A stretch of 64,000 bases of DNA from an uncultured Bacteroidia bacterium (GCA_902800045.1 CADCCZ010000006.1:66174-130173); one strand, 5' to 3'. Shown: positions 18,711 to 29,021, numbered from the stretch's first letter. Made by a program: numbers and translations. Notes: a model not told the origin generated them from the sequence alone.

Positions 18711-19579
18711 TGGCACGACACATAATGCTAAACGGAACCATAATGCCTTCGGACACTCCTTGTCTGAGCTACAACAACCGTGGAGTCCTGTGGGGCGATT
18801 CGTTCAGCGTGCAACTGAGAGGAAATTCGTGCTTTGTTTACGATTTCAGCAGCTACTTCGCATGCATAACACGCATTGCCGAATCGATTGGAATGCAAGC
18901 CAGCGAGTCGTTCAAGCAAAAAGGTTTTGCCAACGACATTATGCTCCTGCTTAGGAAAAACCGCATCTACAAGGAATTCGTCGCCACAATCACCATCTTC
19001 CGCAACAGCAACAGTACCAACAAGATAGCAAACACAAACACATTCTCCACGCTCGTCTCGGTAGAAAGCCTGCCGCACGAATACTACAGCATCAACAAGG
19101 ACGGCATCTTTACCGACATATTCGATGCATCGCTGCTACCATGTCCTACAACAAGCCAAACTTTTCAGTACGAACTTATTAGCGGAAACATTTTGGCTGA
19201 GAAAAAAGTCGACGACTTGATTATCACCGACACGGACGGCAACTACCGACGCAGCCTACATTCCGACATTTTCTTTATGAAAGACAAGTCGCTGATTTAC
19301 GCTTCCAATTACGAAAAAACATCCATTAATTCCGTATTCTCGTCAAGGATAATGCAACTAACCAAACAAAAGTTGGGCATGGAAATATACAAGTCGCCGA
19401 TAAACAGCAGCAAGATAAGAAGCATCGACGCCATGTTCCTTGCCGATCCTGTAAACGGAATCAGATGGGTTGTCGGAATGGGCAGGGAACGATTCTACAA
19501 AGGCGACATCGATAACCTAGCCTACGAAATATACCTGTACTACAAAACCGAAATCGAACAACTAAAAACAACATATTAG
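18710..19579 (+). CDS. Aminotransferase class IV-fold protein (BCAT/ADC-lyase-like), function uncertain
   Basis: The N-terminal pattern LNGTIMP...NRGVLWGDSFSVQLR...F...ACITRIAESIGM resembles the class IV fold. The catalytic Lys was not verified. Confidence 0.4.
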   Translation: MARHIMLNGTIMPSDTPCLSYNNRGVLWGDSFSVQLRGNSCFVYDFSSYFACITRIAESIGMQASESFKQKGFANDIMLLLRKNRIYKEFVATITIFRNSNSTNKIANTNTFSTLVSVESLPHEYYSINKDGIFTDIFDASLLPCPTTSQTFQYELISGNILAEKKVDDLIITDTDGNYRRSLHSDIFFMKDKSLIYASNYEKTSINSVFSSRIMQLTKQKLGMEIYKSPINSSKIRSIDAMFLADPVNGIRWVVGMGRERFYKGDIDNLAYEIYLYYKTEIEQLKTTY

Positions 19580-19582
19580 TAA

Positions 19583-19602
19583 AGACGCAAGACCTTGCGT
19601 CT
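19583..19602 (+). terminator. Hairpin AGACGCAAgaccTTGCGTCT immediately after the stop codon (REP/terminator-like)
   Basis: 8-bp GC-rich stem. Same family as 13993-14012 and 21444-21463. There is no strong T tract. Confidence 0.45.
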
Positions 19603-19608
19603 CAACAA

Positions 19609-19802
19609 CCAGAAACTCAGAAACCAGAAATTCAGAAACCAGAAACTCAGAAACCAAAAACTAGAAACAAGAAACTTGAAACTATTGAACTTTGAACCTT
19701 AAACTTTGAACCATTGAACCTTGTACAGTCGCGGCGCGCCACGACGCAACAAGAAACTTAGAAACAACTAGAAACTTAGAAACGGGCATAGCCCATAGAA
19801 AC
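19609..19802. repeat. Three consecutive octamer word arrays (CAGAAACY, TTGAACYW, AGAAACTT) with an embedded GTCGCGGCGCGCCACGAC hairpin (19728-19745)
   Basis: Read directly from the sequence: ccagaaactcagaaaccagaaattcagaaacc ... ttgaactttgaaccttaaactttgaaccattgaacc ... agaaacttagaaacaactagaaacttagaaac. Confidence 0.85.
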
Positions 19803-19810
19803 ACTTTTCA

Positions 19811-21196
19811 ATGCAAACACTAAAACAACATATCAACGAAAACCGCGGACTTCGCTTCATCTACGAGAAAATGGAGATCTGCTCGGCGACAGGACGCAAA
19901 CGACTGCTATCGCAGCATTTTATTACCAGTGATTTCGAGCTGAAAATGGAACTCGATACCCTTGAAATTTTCGCGAACTTCGTCAGCGACCGCGAAAACG
20001 CCAAGAACATTGTCGCAATACAGCACCGTCTGTACTGTCAGAACGACATCCACCAGACAATACACAACCTACGTTCGGCACAGACACTCGACGACATTGA
20101 ACTTTTCGAGGTAAAAAATTTCTGCATGGTTTCGCGAGACATCTGCAAATTAATAAAGGATACACAGATTGACATACTGCCGTTCCACGACCTCAACCCG
20201 GTTGTCGAAATCCTCGACCCCGAGCACAACGGAATTAACAGCTTCTACATCTACTCGGCATACGACGAGAAACTTGCCACACTGCGCAAGGAATACGACA
20301 TCGCCAAGAATGCCAACGAGAACGAAAAAGCCGAACGTATACGCCTCGAATGCATCGAAATCGAAGACCGCATACGCGAACACCTATCCGAAAAGTTGCG
20401 CAACTACAGCGAGGCAATTCAAGCCAACTACGACCAGCTTGCATACTTAGACTTGCTTCTGGCAAAAGCACTGCTCGCCCGCGACTTCAAACTTTGCAAA
20501 CCGTCGATTTCGGCAAACGACACAAACATAAAAGGTGCTTTCAATCCCGTTGTCGCTGAATCGCTGAAGGAACGCGGCAGCGAATTCCAGCCCATCGACC
20601 TGCACTTCGACGACACGCCAAACCTTATAACCGGAGCTAACATGTCGGGTAAAACGGTAGTACTCAAAACTATGTCGCTCATACAGATGATGTTCCAGTT
20701 TGGCTTCTTCGTACCAGCAGAGAGTGCCGAAATAGCTATGGTCGAAGAAATTATGACCAGCATTGGCGACGCGCAGTCGGAAGTAAACGGATTGTCGTCG
20801 TTTGCAATCGAAATGCTCAACATCGACAAGATTCTCAAGGCAGTGAAGTCGGGACAAAAGATACTTGCCCTCGTCGACGAGCTTGCACGCACCACCAACC
20901 CCAGCGAAGGCCGAGCTTTGGTCAATGCATTCATAAAGATTCTGTCGCGCCATGCAACCCGTAGCCTCATCACCACTCACTACAACGGCATAACCGCGCA
21001 ATGCAACCGCTTGAGGGTAAAGGGTCTGCAAGTTCCAGAAGGCACAAGGGTAACGCCAGAAAACATCAACCGCTACATGGATTATTCGCTCGTACGCACC
21101 ACCGAAGAGGAAGTTCCTACCGAAGGCCTCACCATTGCCGAAATCTTTGGCATCGACGAGGAATTCATCAGCGAAGCGAGAAAGATGATTAATTAG
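19811..21196 (+). CDS. MutS-family ATPase (domain V only; no mismatch-binding domain)
   Basis: GANMSGKTVVLKT (Walker A), SSFAIEM, LVDELARTTNPSEG (Walker B region), TTHY. Confidence 0.7.
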   Translation: MQTLKQHINENRGLRFIYEKMEICSATGRKRLLSQHFITSDFELKMELDTLEIFANFVSDRENAKNIVAIQHRLYCQNDIHQTIHNLRSAQTLDDIELFEVKNFCMVSRDICKLIKDTQIDILPFHDLNPVVEILDPEHNGINSFYIYSAYDEKLATLRKEYDIAKNANENEKAERIRLECIEIEDRIREHLSEKLRNYSEAIQANYDQLAYLDLLLAKALLARDFKLCKPSISANDTNIKGAFNPVVAESLKERGSEFQPIDLHFDDTPNLITGANMSGKTVVLKTMSLIQMMFQFGFFVPAESAEIAMVEEIMTSIGDAQSEVNGLSSFAIEMLNIDKILKAVKSGQKILALVDELARTTNPSEGRALVNAFIKILSRHATRSLITTHYNGITAQCNRLRVKGLQVPEGTRVTPENINRYMDYSLVRTTEEEVPTEGLTIAEIFGIDEEFISEARKMIN

Positions 21197-21197
21197 G

Positions 21198-21381
21198 GCG
21201 AAAAGGCGGACAGGCTAACAGGCTGACAGGCGAACAGGCTAACAGGCTGACAGGCGAACAGGCTAACAGGCGAAAAGGCTAGCAGGCTAACAGGCTAACA
21301 GGCTAACAGGCTAACAGGCTGACAGACGAGAAGGCTAAAAGACTGCAAGACTGCAAGACTGCAAGACTGTAAGACTGTAAG
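21198..21381. repeat. Octamer arrays CAGGCTRA/CAGGCGAA (about 18 units) followed by AAGACTGY x5
   Basis: gacaggctaacaggctgacaggcgaacaggctaacagg ... aagactgcaagactgcaagactgcaagactgtaagactgtaag. The same two words occur at 16992-17153. Confidence 0.85.
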
Positions 21382-21443
21382 TCAACCCCAGTAACGACGA
21401 AAAGGCTGAAAGCGCAACACATAAAATACCCTATAATTTGTAC

Positions 21444-21463
21444 AGCCGCAAAATTTTGCGGCT
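21444..21463 (+). terminator. Hairpin AGCCGCAAaattTTGCGGCT preceded by TTGTACAG (REP/terminator-like)
   Basis: 8-bp stem followed by CTCTTTC. Confidence 0.45.
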
Positions 21464-21535
21464 CTTTCAAATTTCTCTTTGACATACGAAAAAAAAATCC
21501 TAAACTTGCACATTAAAATTTAAACATCGAACAAA

Positions 21536-22516
21536 ATGGCAAACATAAAGAAAGTAGCTGTCCTCACATCGGGTGGCGACGCTCCAGGAATGAATGCGGC
21601 AATTAGAGCCGTTGTACGCAAGGCATTGCACGAAGGTCTTGAAGTTATGGGTGTAATGAGAGGTTACGAAGGTCTCATCGCCGACGACTTTATACCAATG
21701 GAATCGAAAAGTGTAGGTAACATCATCCAGCGCGGTGGTACTATCCTCAAGACCGCACGTAGCGATAGGTTCAGAACCATCGAAGGTCAGCAGATTGCAT
21801 ACGATAACCTCAGAAAGCACGAAGTTGATGCTCTTGTAGTTATCGGCGGTGATGGTACATTCAGGGGCGCAAGGGAATTCACCGAAAACTTCCCGTTCCC
21901 AGTAGTTGGTCTGCCAGGCACAATCGACAACGACCTGTACGGCACCGACATGACAATCGGATACGACACAGCATTGAATACCGTTGTTGAAGCAGTCGAC
22001 AAGATTCGCGACACAGCTGCCAGCCACGAACGTATGTTCTTCGTAGAGGTTATGGGCCGTGATGCTGGTTTCATCGCATTGCGTAGCGGTATCGCTTGTG
22101 GTGCAGAGGACGTACTTATCCCAGAAACAGTAACTTACCTCGACGAAGTTCACGACAAGCTCGTTAAGTACATGACCGAAAAGAAAACCTCGAGCATCAT
22201 ACTCGTTGCCGAAGGCGACGATGCAGGTGGCGCATACGACATCCGCAACGCTATGGCAAAGTACGGCGAAGAATTCGACATGAGAGTTATCGTTCTCGGT
22301 CACATCCAGCGTGGTGGTTCTCCGTCGGCATACGACAGATACCTCGCAAGCCGTCTAGGTGTAGCTGCTATCGACGCACTTCTCGACGACCAGCGCAGCG
22401 TAATGTGCGGTATGGTTCACAACGAAATCGTTCTTGTTCCGTTCAACAAGACCATCAAGCACCACAAGACCATCGACCAGAAGATGCTCGACATCGTTGA
22501 CGTACTCAACAGCTAA
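21536..22516 (+). CDS. pfkA: ATP-dependent 6-phosphofructokinase
   Basis: VAVLTSGGDAPGMNAAIRAVV, IGGDGTF, PGTIDNDL, MGRDAG, GHIQRGG. Confidence 0.92.
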   Translation: MANIKKVAVLTSGGDAPGMNAAIRAVVRKALHEGLEVMGVMRGYEGLIADDFIPMESKSVGNIIQRGGTILKTARSDRFRTIEGQQIAYDNLRKHEVDALVVIGGDGTFRGAREFTENFPFPVVGLPGTIDNDLYGTDMTIGYDTALNTVVEAVDKIRDTAASHERMFFVEVMGRDAGFIALRSGIACGAEDVLIPETVTYLDEVHDKLVKYMTEKKTSSIILVAEGDDAGGAYDIRNAMAKYGEEFDMRVIVLGHIQRGGSPSAYDRYLASRLGVAAIDALLDDQRSVMCGMVHNEIVLVPFNKTIKHHKTIDQKMLDIVDVLNS

Positions 22517-22536
22517 TTTTATTAATAACTAACATA

Positions 22537-22572
22537 ATCGGGTAGCAGCATTCACAGCAATGCCTACCCGAT
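22537..22572 (+). terminator. Putative pfkA terminator hairpin
   Basis: ATCGGGTAG-18 nt-CTACCCGAT followed by an AT-rich T-containing run. Confidence 0.45.
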
Positions 22573-22662
22573 TAATTTAATTTAATATAGCCGTTGCTCG
22601 CTAGTTTTAGTCGTTGCTCGCAACGACTCTACAAACTGTTAACTTTTAACTATTAACTGATT

Positions 22663-25113
22663 TTGCTTTCCGCTTCCGTCATACTTCCACTTGCATTGCC
22701 AGGAACTTTTACCTACGAAGTTCCCGACGAACTTCGCCATTCCATAAAAAATGGACAGCGCGTACTCGTCAACTTTGGCAAGAAAAAGATTTACACGGGA
22801 ATTGTGGTAAATGTCGAGGAAACCGACGCAAGCAATACCGACTTCAACATCAAACCCATATATGCACTTCTCGACGATACACCTTTCATAACCGAAGCGC
22901 AGCTGAAACTCTGGAACTGGATGTCGTCTTACTATTGCTGTACAATCGGCGAAGTGCTTGCCGCCGCAATACCATCGATACTCCTGCCCACCAGCGAAAG
23001 CAAATATTCGGTTTCGGCAACACCGACAAGCGACGAAGTCCTTGTAAAAAGCGACCTCGCCGTTTTCAACGCTTTAACACTTAGCCATGTATCGTCGCTC
23101 AACGAAATTATTGACGTCTCCGGCCTAAAAAATCCATTGCCAGCATTGCAAAGGCTTGTCGCCCGCGGACTTGTTTCCGACGAACAAATAATTGCCAAGC
23201 AATACAAGCCGACAGAACGCAACTACGTGCTGTTTTCGACCATTGAAGCCGAAAAAAATCAGAGTGCACTCGACAAGATTATGGCTAAAAACGGCAAGCA
23301 GAAGCAAATTATCGAACAGCTTGTCGGCCTTTGCCAGACGCGCCATACCGACTGCATCGAAATAGAGGAGCGTGAAATTCTTGAACGTTGCGAAGCAGCG
23401 AAATCGAGCCTGCAAAGCCTGCAGAAATATGGTCTGCTACAACTCTACCGCAAAGTTCGTGAAACCAATTTCGACACCGAAACCGATTCTCAGCAAGTGG
23501 AGCTATCTAAGCAACAGCAGATTGCGTTTGCAGAAATAAATTCGGCCTTTGCCGAGAACATTCCTGTCCTGCTTCACGGAGTAACCTCGAGCGGCAAGAC
23601 AGAAATTTACATACGCCTAATTCAGAACACATTGGCACAAGGCAGAAAAGTCCTTTACCTTCTGCCCGAAATTGCCATTACAGCACAGATAATTGCGCGG
23701 CTTGAAAAATATTTTGGCACCTCGGTAAAGGTTTATCATAGCAAACACACAGCATCGGCACGCGCAGGAATTTACAATGCAGTCCTTGGCAACAAATACG
23801 AAATAATCTTGGGCGTCCGCTCGGCAATTTTCCTGCCATACGAAAACCTCGGACTTATAATCGTTGACGAGGAACACGAAAACTCGTACAAACAGTTCGA
23901 CCCCGACCCGCGCTACAATGCACGCGACATGGCACTTGTGCTTGGTAAGATTCATAATGCCAATGTGATACTCGGTTCGGCAACGCCATCGGTCGAATCG
24001 TACTTCAATACTACGCAAGGGCGTTACCGGCTCGTAGAACTTACCGAACGCTACGGAAATGTGCAGTTACCTACAATCGAGGTCGCCGACATGAAGGACG
24101 CGTATTTCCGCAAGATTAACAAAGGACACTTCCACCCTACCCTCATCGCGGCAATCAACTCTGCAATCGCAGCAGGCGAACAGGTAATATTGTTCCAGAA
24201 CCGTCGCGGCTACTCATCGATGATGGAATGCAAGGACTGCGGATGGGTGCCGCATTGCAGCAACTGCAACGTAAGCCTTACGCTGCACAAGTTCGACAAC
24301 AAGCTCGTGTGCCACTACTGTGGAGAAAAATTCAACGTACCGACAAAGTGCGGCAACTGCGGAAGCGAGAACCTTACAAGCAAAGGACTTGGCACCGAAA
24401 AGATTGAAGAACAAGTGGCAACGTTGTTCCACACCGCACGCATCGCCCGTCTCGACTACGACACCGCGCAGTCGCGCAAGAACTACGAGCGCATAATCGA
24501 CGAGTTTTCGAATGGCGACATCGACATTCTTATCGGTACGCAGATGATTACCAAAGGCTTGGACTTCCCGAACGTCAGCCTAGTTGGAATCCTCAATGCC
24601 GACAACATGCTCAACTTCCCCGATTTCAGGGCATTTGAGCGTTCGTACCAGCTAATGGCGCAGGTTGCAGGACGTGCGGGGCGCAGGCAGAAGCGCGGAC
24701 GGGTAATCATACAGACTTTCAGTCCCGACCACGAGATAATACGGCAGGTTTTGGCAAACAACTACAAGGCAATGTTCGACAACCAGATGCGCGAGCGCGA
24801 ACTTTTCCACTACCCACCGCTTTGCAGTTTCGTAATAGTCCATCTGAAGCACAAGGACTACCGCAAGGCTTTCCAGGCAGCAGCCATTCTTGCGAAAGAA
24901 CTGAAAGCCGTACTGCAACAGCGCGTGCGTGGACCAGAAGAGCCAGCCGTAAACCGCATCAGCAGCTATTACATCATGAATGTGCATGTACGCTTCGAAA
25001 AAAGCATCTCGGCCTCCAAGGTCAAAGCCTTCATTATGGAGAAAGTGCAGATGATAAAGTCAATCCCCGAGCTGACACAGGTAAATGCAGAGATAGATGT
25101 GGATCCGTACTAG
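22663..25113 (+). CDS. priA: Primosomal protein N' (replication restart helicase)
   Basis: 816 aa. LHGVTSSGKTEIY (Walker A), IIVDEEHE (DExH), the Cys cluster CKDCGWVPHCSNCNVSLTLH...CHYCG...CGNCGS, and QVAGRAGR. The annotated start is TTG, so the exact start is uncertain. Confidence 0.9.
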   Translation: MLSASVILPLALPGTFTYEVPDELRHSIKNGQRVLVNFGKKKIYTGIVVNVEETDASNTDFNIKPIYALLDDTPFITEAQLKLWNWMSSYYCCTIGEVLAAAIPSILLPTSESKYSVSATPTSDEVLVKSDLAVFNALTLSHVSSLNEIIDVSGLKNPLPALQRLVARGLVSDEQIIAKQYKPTERNYVLFSTIEAEKNQSALDKIMAKNGKQKQIIEQLVGLCQTRHTDCIEIEEREILERCEAAKSSLQSLQKYGLLQLYRKVRETNFDTETDSQQVELSKQQQIAFAEINSAFAENIPVLLHGVTSSGKTEIYIRLIQNTLAQGRKVLYLLPEIAITAQIIARLEKYFGTSVKVYHSKHTASARAGIYNAVLGNKYEIILGVRSAIFLPYENLGLIIVDEEHENSYKQFDPDPRYNARDMALVLGKIHNANVILGSATPSVESYFNTTQGRYRLVELTERYGNVQLPTIEVADMKDAYFRKINKGHFHPTLIAAINSAIAAGEQVILFQNRRGYSSMMECKDCGWVPHCSNCNVSLTLHKFDNKLVCHYCGEKFNVPTKCGNCGSENLTSKGLGTEKIEEQVATLFHTARIARLDYDTAQSRKNYERIIDEFSNGDIDILIGTQMITKGLDFPNVSLVGILNADNMLNFPDFRAFERSYQLMAQVAGRAGRRQKRGRVIIQTFSPDHEIIRQVLANNYKAMFDNQMRERELFHYPPLCSFVIVHLKHKDYRKAFQAAAILAKELKAVLQQRVRGPEEPAVNRISSYYIMNVHVRFEKSISASKVKAFIMEKVQMIKSIPELTQVNAEIDVDPY

Positions 25114-25314
25114 AATTAGATTGCAGATTATCAGCCTACTGAAACTTTTTCAAGGGAGTTTTTGTCAATTTCAACAACTTTTTCAAACGACTTTTTCTTA
25201 AACCTGCAACTTTTTCAAGGGACTTTTATAAAACATGCAATCCCTATCCCAAGAAATAAGCCTTTTTTACAGAATGAGGATTTACGTTTTTTGCGGCGCA
25301 ACATTGCAATCGGT

Positions 25315-25401
25315 GCAAATCATTGCAATCGGCGCAAATCATTGCGCCGCTACTACAATCATTGAATTTTTGAACCTTGTACGGTCGCGGCGCGCCACGA
25401 C
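25315..25401. repeat. REP-like hairpins at the convergent priA/glycan-locus junction
   Basis: 25315-25353 is identical to 14021-14059. gaaccttgtacggtcgcggcgcgccacgac (25371-25401) matches 19714-19745 with one mismatch. Confidence 0.8.
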
Positions 25402-25485
25402 CACTACAACTTTGCACCTTGAACCTCCTTACCACCTCCGCCAACTGATGTGCACCTTCGCGACGGGAGTAATTGGAGGGATTGA

Positions 25486-26589
25486 TTACGAAAACAAACC
25501 TTCAAACTTATCTACTACATTTCCAATATGATAATCTTCAAGATTGGCAATCTTCAATGTTGACGAATAATCGCCCGACATAAACTCATCAATCTGATTT
25601 GTATTGGGATTTATTGGATTTACATCCAATATTGGACGTCCTGCAATACCATAATCTATAAGTTTACTAGGCAATTGATTAGGACTATTCACATTGCTTA
25701 TATTCACAAGGAAATCCATTCCACTCAATATATCTATCAATTCTTTACGTGGGACCGGATTCTTAATAATCATTTTACCTTTTAATCTTTCCTTGTAATC
25801 AACCAGCAGATTATCGAACCTTGTATATACATAAAAACGGAAATCTCTATTTATGCTACAAAGATAGTCAAGGAACAATTTGGGATTTCTAATGTCGGGA
25901 TAAAACATTCCGGCAAATGCAAATGTAGGAACATCATTATGGACCTGTTTCTGCCCGACTGCCGACAAATCGAAATCAAAGCCCTGCGGGATTACCCTTA
26001 TCTTGTCTCTATATTCTGGATAATATGCTTCTTTTGCATTCTCAATAGGCACCGTTATATAATCGCATTCCTCACAAAAAAGCCTCTCATATTTTGCGTA
26101 TCGCTGTAGATGTTCTTTTGTCCTTCCATTCTTCATATATGGGTCACCACAGTCGGCAATCCAATGTTTAGGAAATTTTTCTGGATATTTCATTCTTGCA
26201 TTGGCGCATCCCCAATGTATCTGATGTGGAACTGCAATGGAAATAAGCACATCATATTGTGATTCACTGGCAATAATCTCGGGAATTCTATAATAAAACT
26301 CAAACAACGGGAATTCAAACCTTCTAAAAATACGACCAAACACCTTGTCTATAAAATTCCTTTTTGAGGGGCCATCGCTACTTGTCGGCAATACTTCCCA
26401 ACGGATAGGAATACCTTTTACCTTAATGCCTGTTTCTTTCTCGAAACTACTATAATCATATTTCCCCAACACTGCATACACGGTGACATCGTGCCCACGA
26501 CGAGCCAATTCCTTTATAAGTTCGGTGCTACGAATAGAACGTGGTGTCTGGATTGGAAAAATATGCTGGGTTATTACCAGTATCTTCAT
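25486..26589 (-). CDS. GT-B fold glycosyltransferase (GT4-like)
   Basis: MKILVITQHIFP...ELARRGHDVTVYA is a typical GT-B N-terminus. This is the last gene of the minus-strand glycan locus. Confidence 0.6.
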   Translation of the reverse strand: MKILVITQHIFPIQTPRSIRSTELIKELARRGHDVTVYAVLGKYDYSSFEKETGIKVKGIPIRWEVLPTSSDGPSKRNFIDKVFGRIFRRFEFPLFEFYYRIPEIIASESQYDVLISIAVPHQIHWGCANARMKYPEKFPKHWIADCGDPYMKNGRTKEHLQRYAKYERLFCEECDYITVPIENAKEAYYPEYRDKIRVIPQGFDFDLSAVGQKQVHNDVPTFAFAGMFYPDIRNPKLFLDYLCSINRDFRFYVYTRFDNLLVDYKERLKGKMIIKNPVPRKELIDILSGMDFLVNISNVNSPNQLPSKLIDYGIAGRPILDVNPINPNTNQIDEFMSGDYSSTLKIANLEDYHIGNVVDKFEGLFS

Positions 26590-26592
26590 AGC

Positions 26593-27687
26593 TTATCGGC
26601 AGAATTCTTTCAATATTATATCCACTATCCTTTCTGCGGTTTTTCCGTCCCACATTCTAGGGATACCACCTTGCTTCCACTCTCCAGCAAACAACTTCTG
26701 CAATGCAGGGACAAGATTCTTAGGATTAGTTCCAATAAGTTCGTTTGTTCCGACAGTACAAGTCTCCATCCTTTCGGTATTGTCGCGCAAAGTCATGCAA
26801 GGTATGTGCATAATTGTAGTTTCCTCGGTAATACCTCCCGAATCGGTTATTACTGCCATAGAATGCTTTATGGTATATATAAATTCGAGATAACCTAAAG
26901 GTTTCACAAATCTTATATTTGCAAAATGATAGTCAACACCTTTCAAGCGTTGCTCAGTACGCGGGTGAATCGGGAAAACGACAGGCACACCATTTACATT
27001 TCCATCAATGGTTCCAAGCATAGCAAGCAGAGTATCAATGTCATCAACATTGTTGGGGCGATGCAGGGTAAGTACAATATATTTCCCATTCTCAAGTTCA
27101 AGGCTATCGAATATTTCTGGACGACGAAGCCTTTGCATATTTGCCATAAGACTGTCAATCATAACATTGCCGACGAAAAACACTTTTTCGTCAGGCACTC
27201 CGTTTTTCTTAAGATTATCCTTTGCGAAATCGGATGTTATGAAAAAATAATCGGCAAGACTATCGGTAACAATCCTGTTTATTTCCTCTGGCATCGACAT
27301 ATCAAACGAGCGAATTCCCGCCTCGACATGTGCCAATTTTATGCCCATTTTCTTTGCAACAATCGAACAAGCCATAGTCGATGTAACATCACCTACGACA
27401 AGCACCAAATCTGTTGGATGTTCCATCAGATACTTCTCAAAGGCGACCATAATGGAAGCAGTCTGTTCTGCCTGTGTCCCACTCCCTGCTGCAAGGTTTA
27501 CATCCGGTTCAGGAATATTCAGTTCCTCGAAAAACAGTCCGCTCATCAGCTTGTCGTAATGCTGGCCAGTATGCACAAGACTATACCGAATGTCAGCACC
27601 ATCCAACTGCTTCTTCTTTATTGCATTTATTATCGGGCTTATCTTTATGAAATTAGGCCGAGCCCCGGCTATAAGAGTAATATGCAT
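26593..27687 (-). CDS. wecB: UDP-N-acetylglucosamine 2-epimerase (non-hydrolysing)
   Basis: ITLIAGARPNFIKISPI, VHTGQHYD, VGDVTST, HVEAGIRS, TDSGGITEET. Confidence 0.9.
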   Translation of the reverse strand: MHITLIAGARPNFIKISPIINAIKKKQLDGADIRYSLVHTGQHYDKLMSGLFFEELNIPEPDVNLAAGSGTQAEQTASIMVAFEKYLMEHPTDLVLVVGDVTSTMACSIVAKKMGIKLAHVEAGIRSFDMSMPEEINRIVTDSLADYFFITSDFAKDNLKKNGVPDEKVFFVGNVMIDSLMANMQRLRRPEIFDSLELENGKYIVLTLHRPNNVDDIDTLLAMLGTIDGNVNGVPVVFPIHPRTEQRLKGVDYHFANIRFVKPLGYLEFIYTIKHSMAVITDSGGITEETTIMHIPCMTLRDNTERMETCTVGTNELIGTNPKNLVPALQKLFAGEWKQGGIPRMWDGKTAERIVDIILKEFCR

Positions 27688-27854
27688 ATTCTATTTCCTT
27701 TTTAATTCGCTGCAATTCAATCAATCTGAACACAAACGACTTCGCAAAATTACAAAAACCAAACAAAATGACAATCGTATGCCAATATAATGAGTTTCTT
27801 AATTGTTGAATAACAAATATCTGTGCAAATTTAATAAATTATCATAAATGTTTA

Positions 27855-28979
27855 TCAGTAAGTTTCTTCCAACCATCGCGACAAGAACACGTTATATACA
27901 GAATAGCTCCTTTCATTTAGACCTACAGTTTCAAGAAGCAATTCCTTCTCGGTAAGCGATTCCAGATTTCGTCGCGCATTAGTAGCACTACCCAACTGAT
28001 ATTTTGCAAGAAATTGTGCCGATGTTACACTTTGAACAGACTGCTCCTTGGCTATGGCAATAAGCAACCGCCACTGTTGCTCTGTTATCAAATTGCGTAT
28101 CTGCAAAAAGTTGGACACTTCCGTTTCTAAAATCTCACGGCTTGCTTTACGTGCAACAGCAACAGAAACCACTCTAGGCTTCATTTTGAATATTTCGTTA
28201 CACAACGACTGGGTGTAGAAAGTATGACGACGTGTCCATTCCAAAATATAGGCCATTGCCTCATCATCAACCGCCACAGGCAAAAACTTTTCCCGGATAA
28301 ATGCTGCATATTTATCGGCATCAATCTTATCAAGCGTCAGTTGCCGAGTACTCGAATAAAACGGGCGAGCAGCATCGGCAAATATTTGTGTCATTATAGA
28401 CTTCTTACTTCCACAATACACAAAACTTATATTGTGCATCTGCTGCGTATATGTCCTAAGCAGTGCTTCAACATTTTTCTCTGGATATGTAGTTATTTGC
28501 TGGAATTCATCGATAGCTACCACGACATGCTGCTTCTGTGAGTTTAGAAAAGCGAACAAACCCTTCAATGTATATTCTTTTTCCGATGGTGCCGAAAAAT
28601 TAAATTCTACCTGAGGCATTCCGCTCACAGGATCGTATGTAATTACTGGGCGATAGCCCTTTAGCAATGCCATAAACTTGTTACCGATACTAGTTTTTTC
28701 AGGAAACTCCACGAGTATCGCTTCTGCCAATGTCTTTATGAAATCTTTCAACGAAAGTGTCGCAAAAATATCCACATACAAGGTAGAGAAAGGCAATTTT
28801 TCTTCTGCTATCTTATAAAAAGTGTGAAGAATCAATCCAGTTTTTCCGAACTTACGTGGAGAAATCAACGTAGTATCGAGACCATTCTGTATATTCGACA
28901 ATAAAGCCTCTGTTTCTTTCTCTCTGTCACAGAAGAACATAGGCAACAAATACCCCTTAGCTAAAAATGGATTCTGCAT
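27855..28979 (-). CDS. Orphan AAA+ ATPase (same family as 5860-6993)
   Basis: FCDREKE, ISPRKFGKTGLI (Walker A), VVAIDEFQQI (Walker B). The start was set at the ATG at 28979 because the track start at 28997 is a TTG inside the promoter box. Confidence 0.7.
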   Translation of the reverse strand: MQNPFLAKGYLLPMFFCDREKETEALLSNIQNGLDTTLISPRKFGKTGLILHTFYKIAEEKLPFSTLYVDIFATLSLKDFIKTLAEAILVEFPEKTSIGNKFMALLKGYRPVITYDPVSGMPQVEFNFSAPSEKEYTLKGLFAFLNSQKQHVVVAIDEFQQITTYPEKNVEALLRTYTQQMHNISFVYCGSKKSIMTQIFADAARPFYSSTRQLTLDKIDADKYAAFIREKFLPVAVDDEAMAYILEWTRRHTFYTQSLCNEIFKMKPRVVSVAVARKASREILETEVSNFLQIRNLITEQQWRLLIAIAKEQSVQSVTSAQFLAKYQLGSATNARRNLESLTEKELLLETVGLNERSYSVYNVFLSRWLEETY

Positions 28980-28994
28980 AATTTTAATTTTTTG

Positions 28995-29002
28995 CAAATA
29001 TA
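28995..29002 (-). promoter_or_regulatory. -7 promoter box (TATATTTG on minus strand)
   Basis: Plus-strand caaatata lies 16 nt upstream of the ATG at 28979. Confidence 0.4.
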
Positions 29003-29021
29003 ATAATTTTCACAAAATCCA

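Noticed and set aside
25162-25531. Several 66-98-aa ORFs in the priA / glycan-locus spacer
   Set aside because: They overlap each other on both strands and are composed of REP-like hairpins and repeated AACTTTTTCAA words. This is a non-coding convergent-terminator region.
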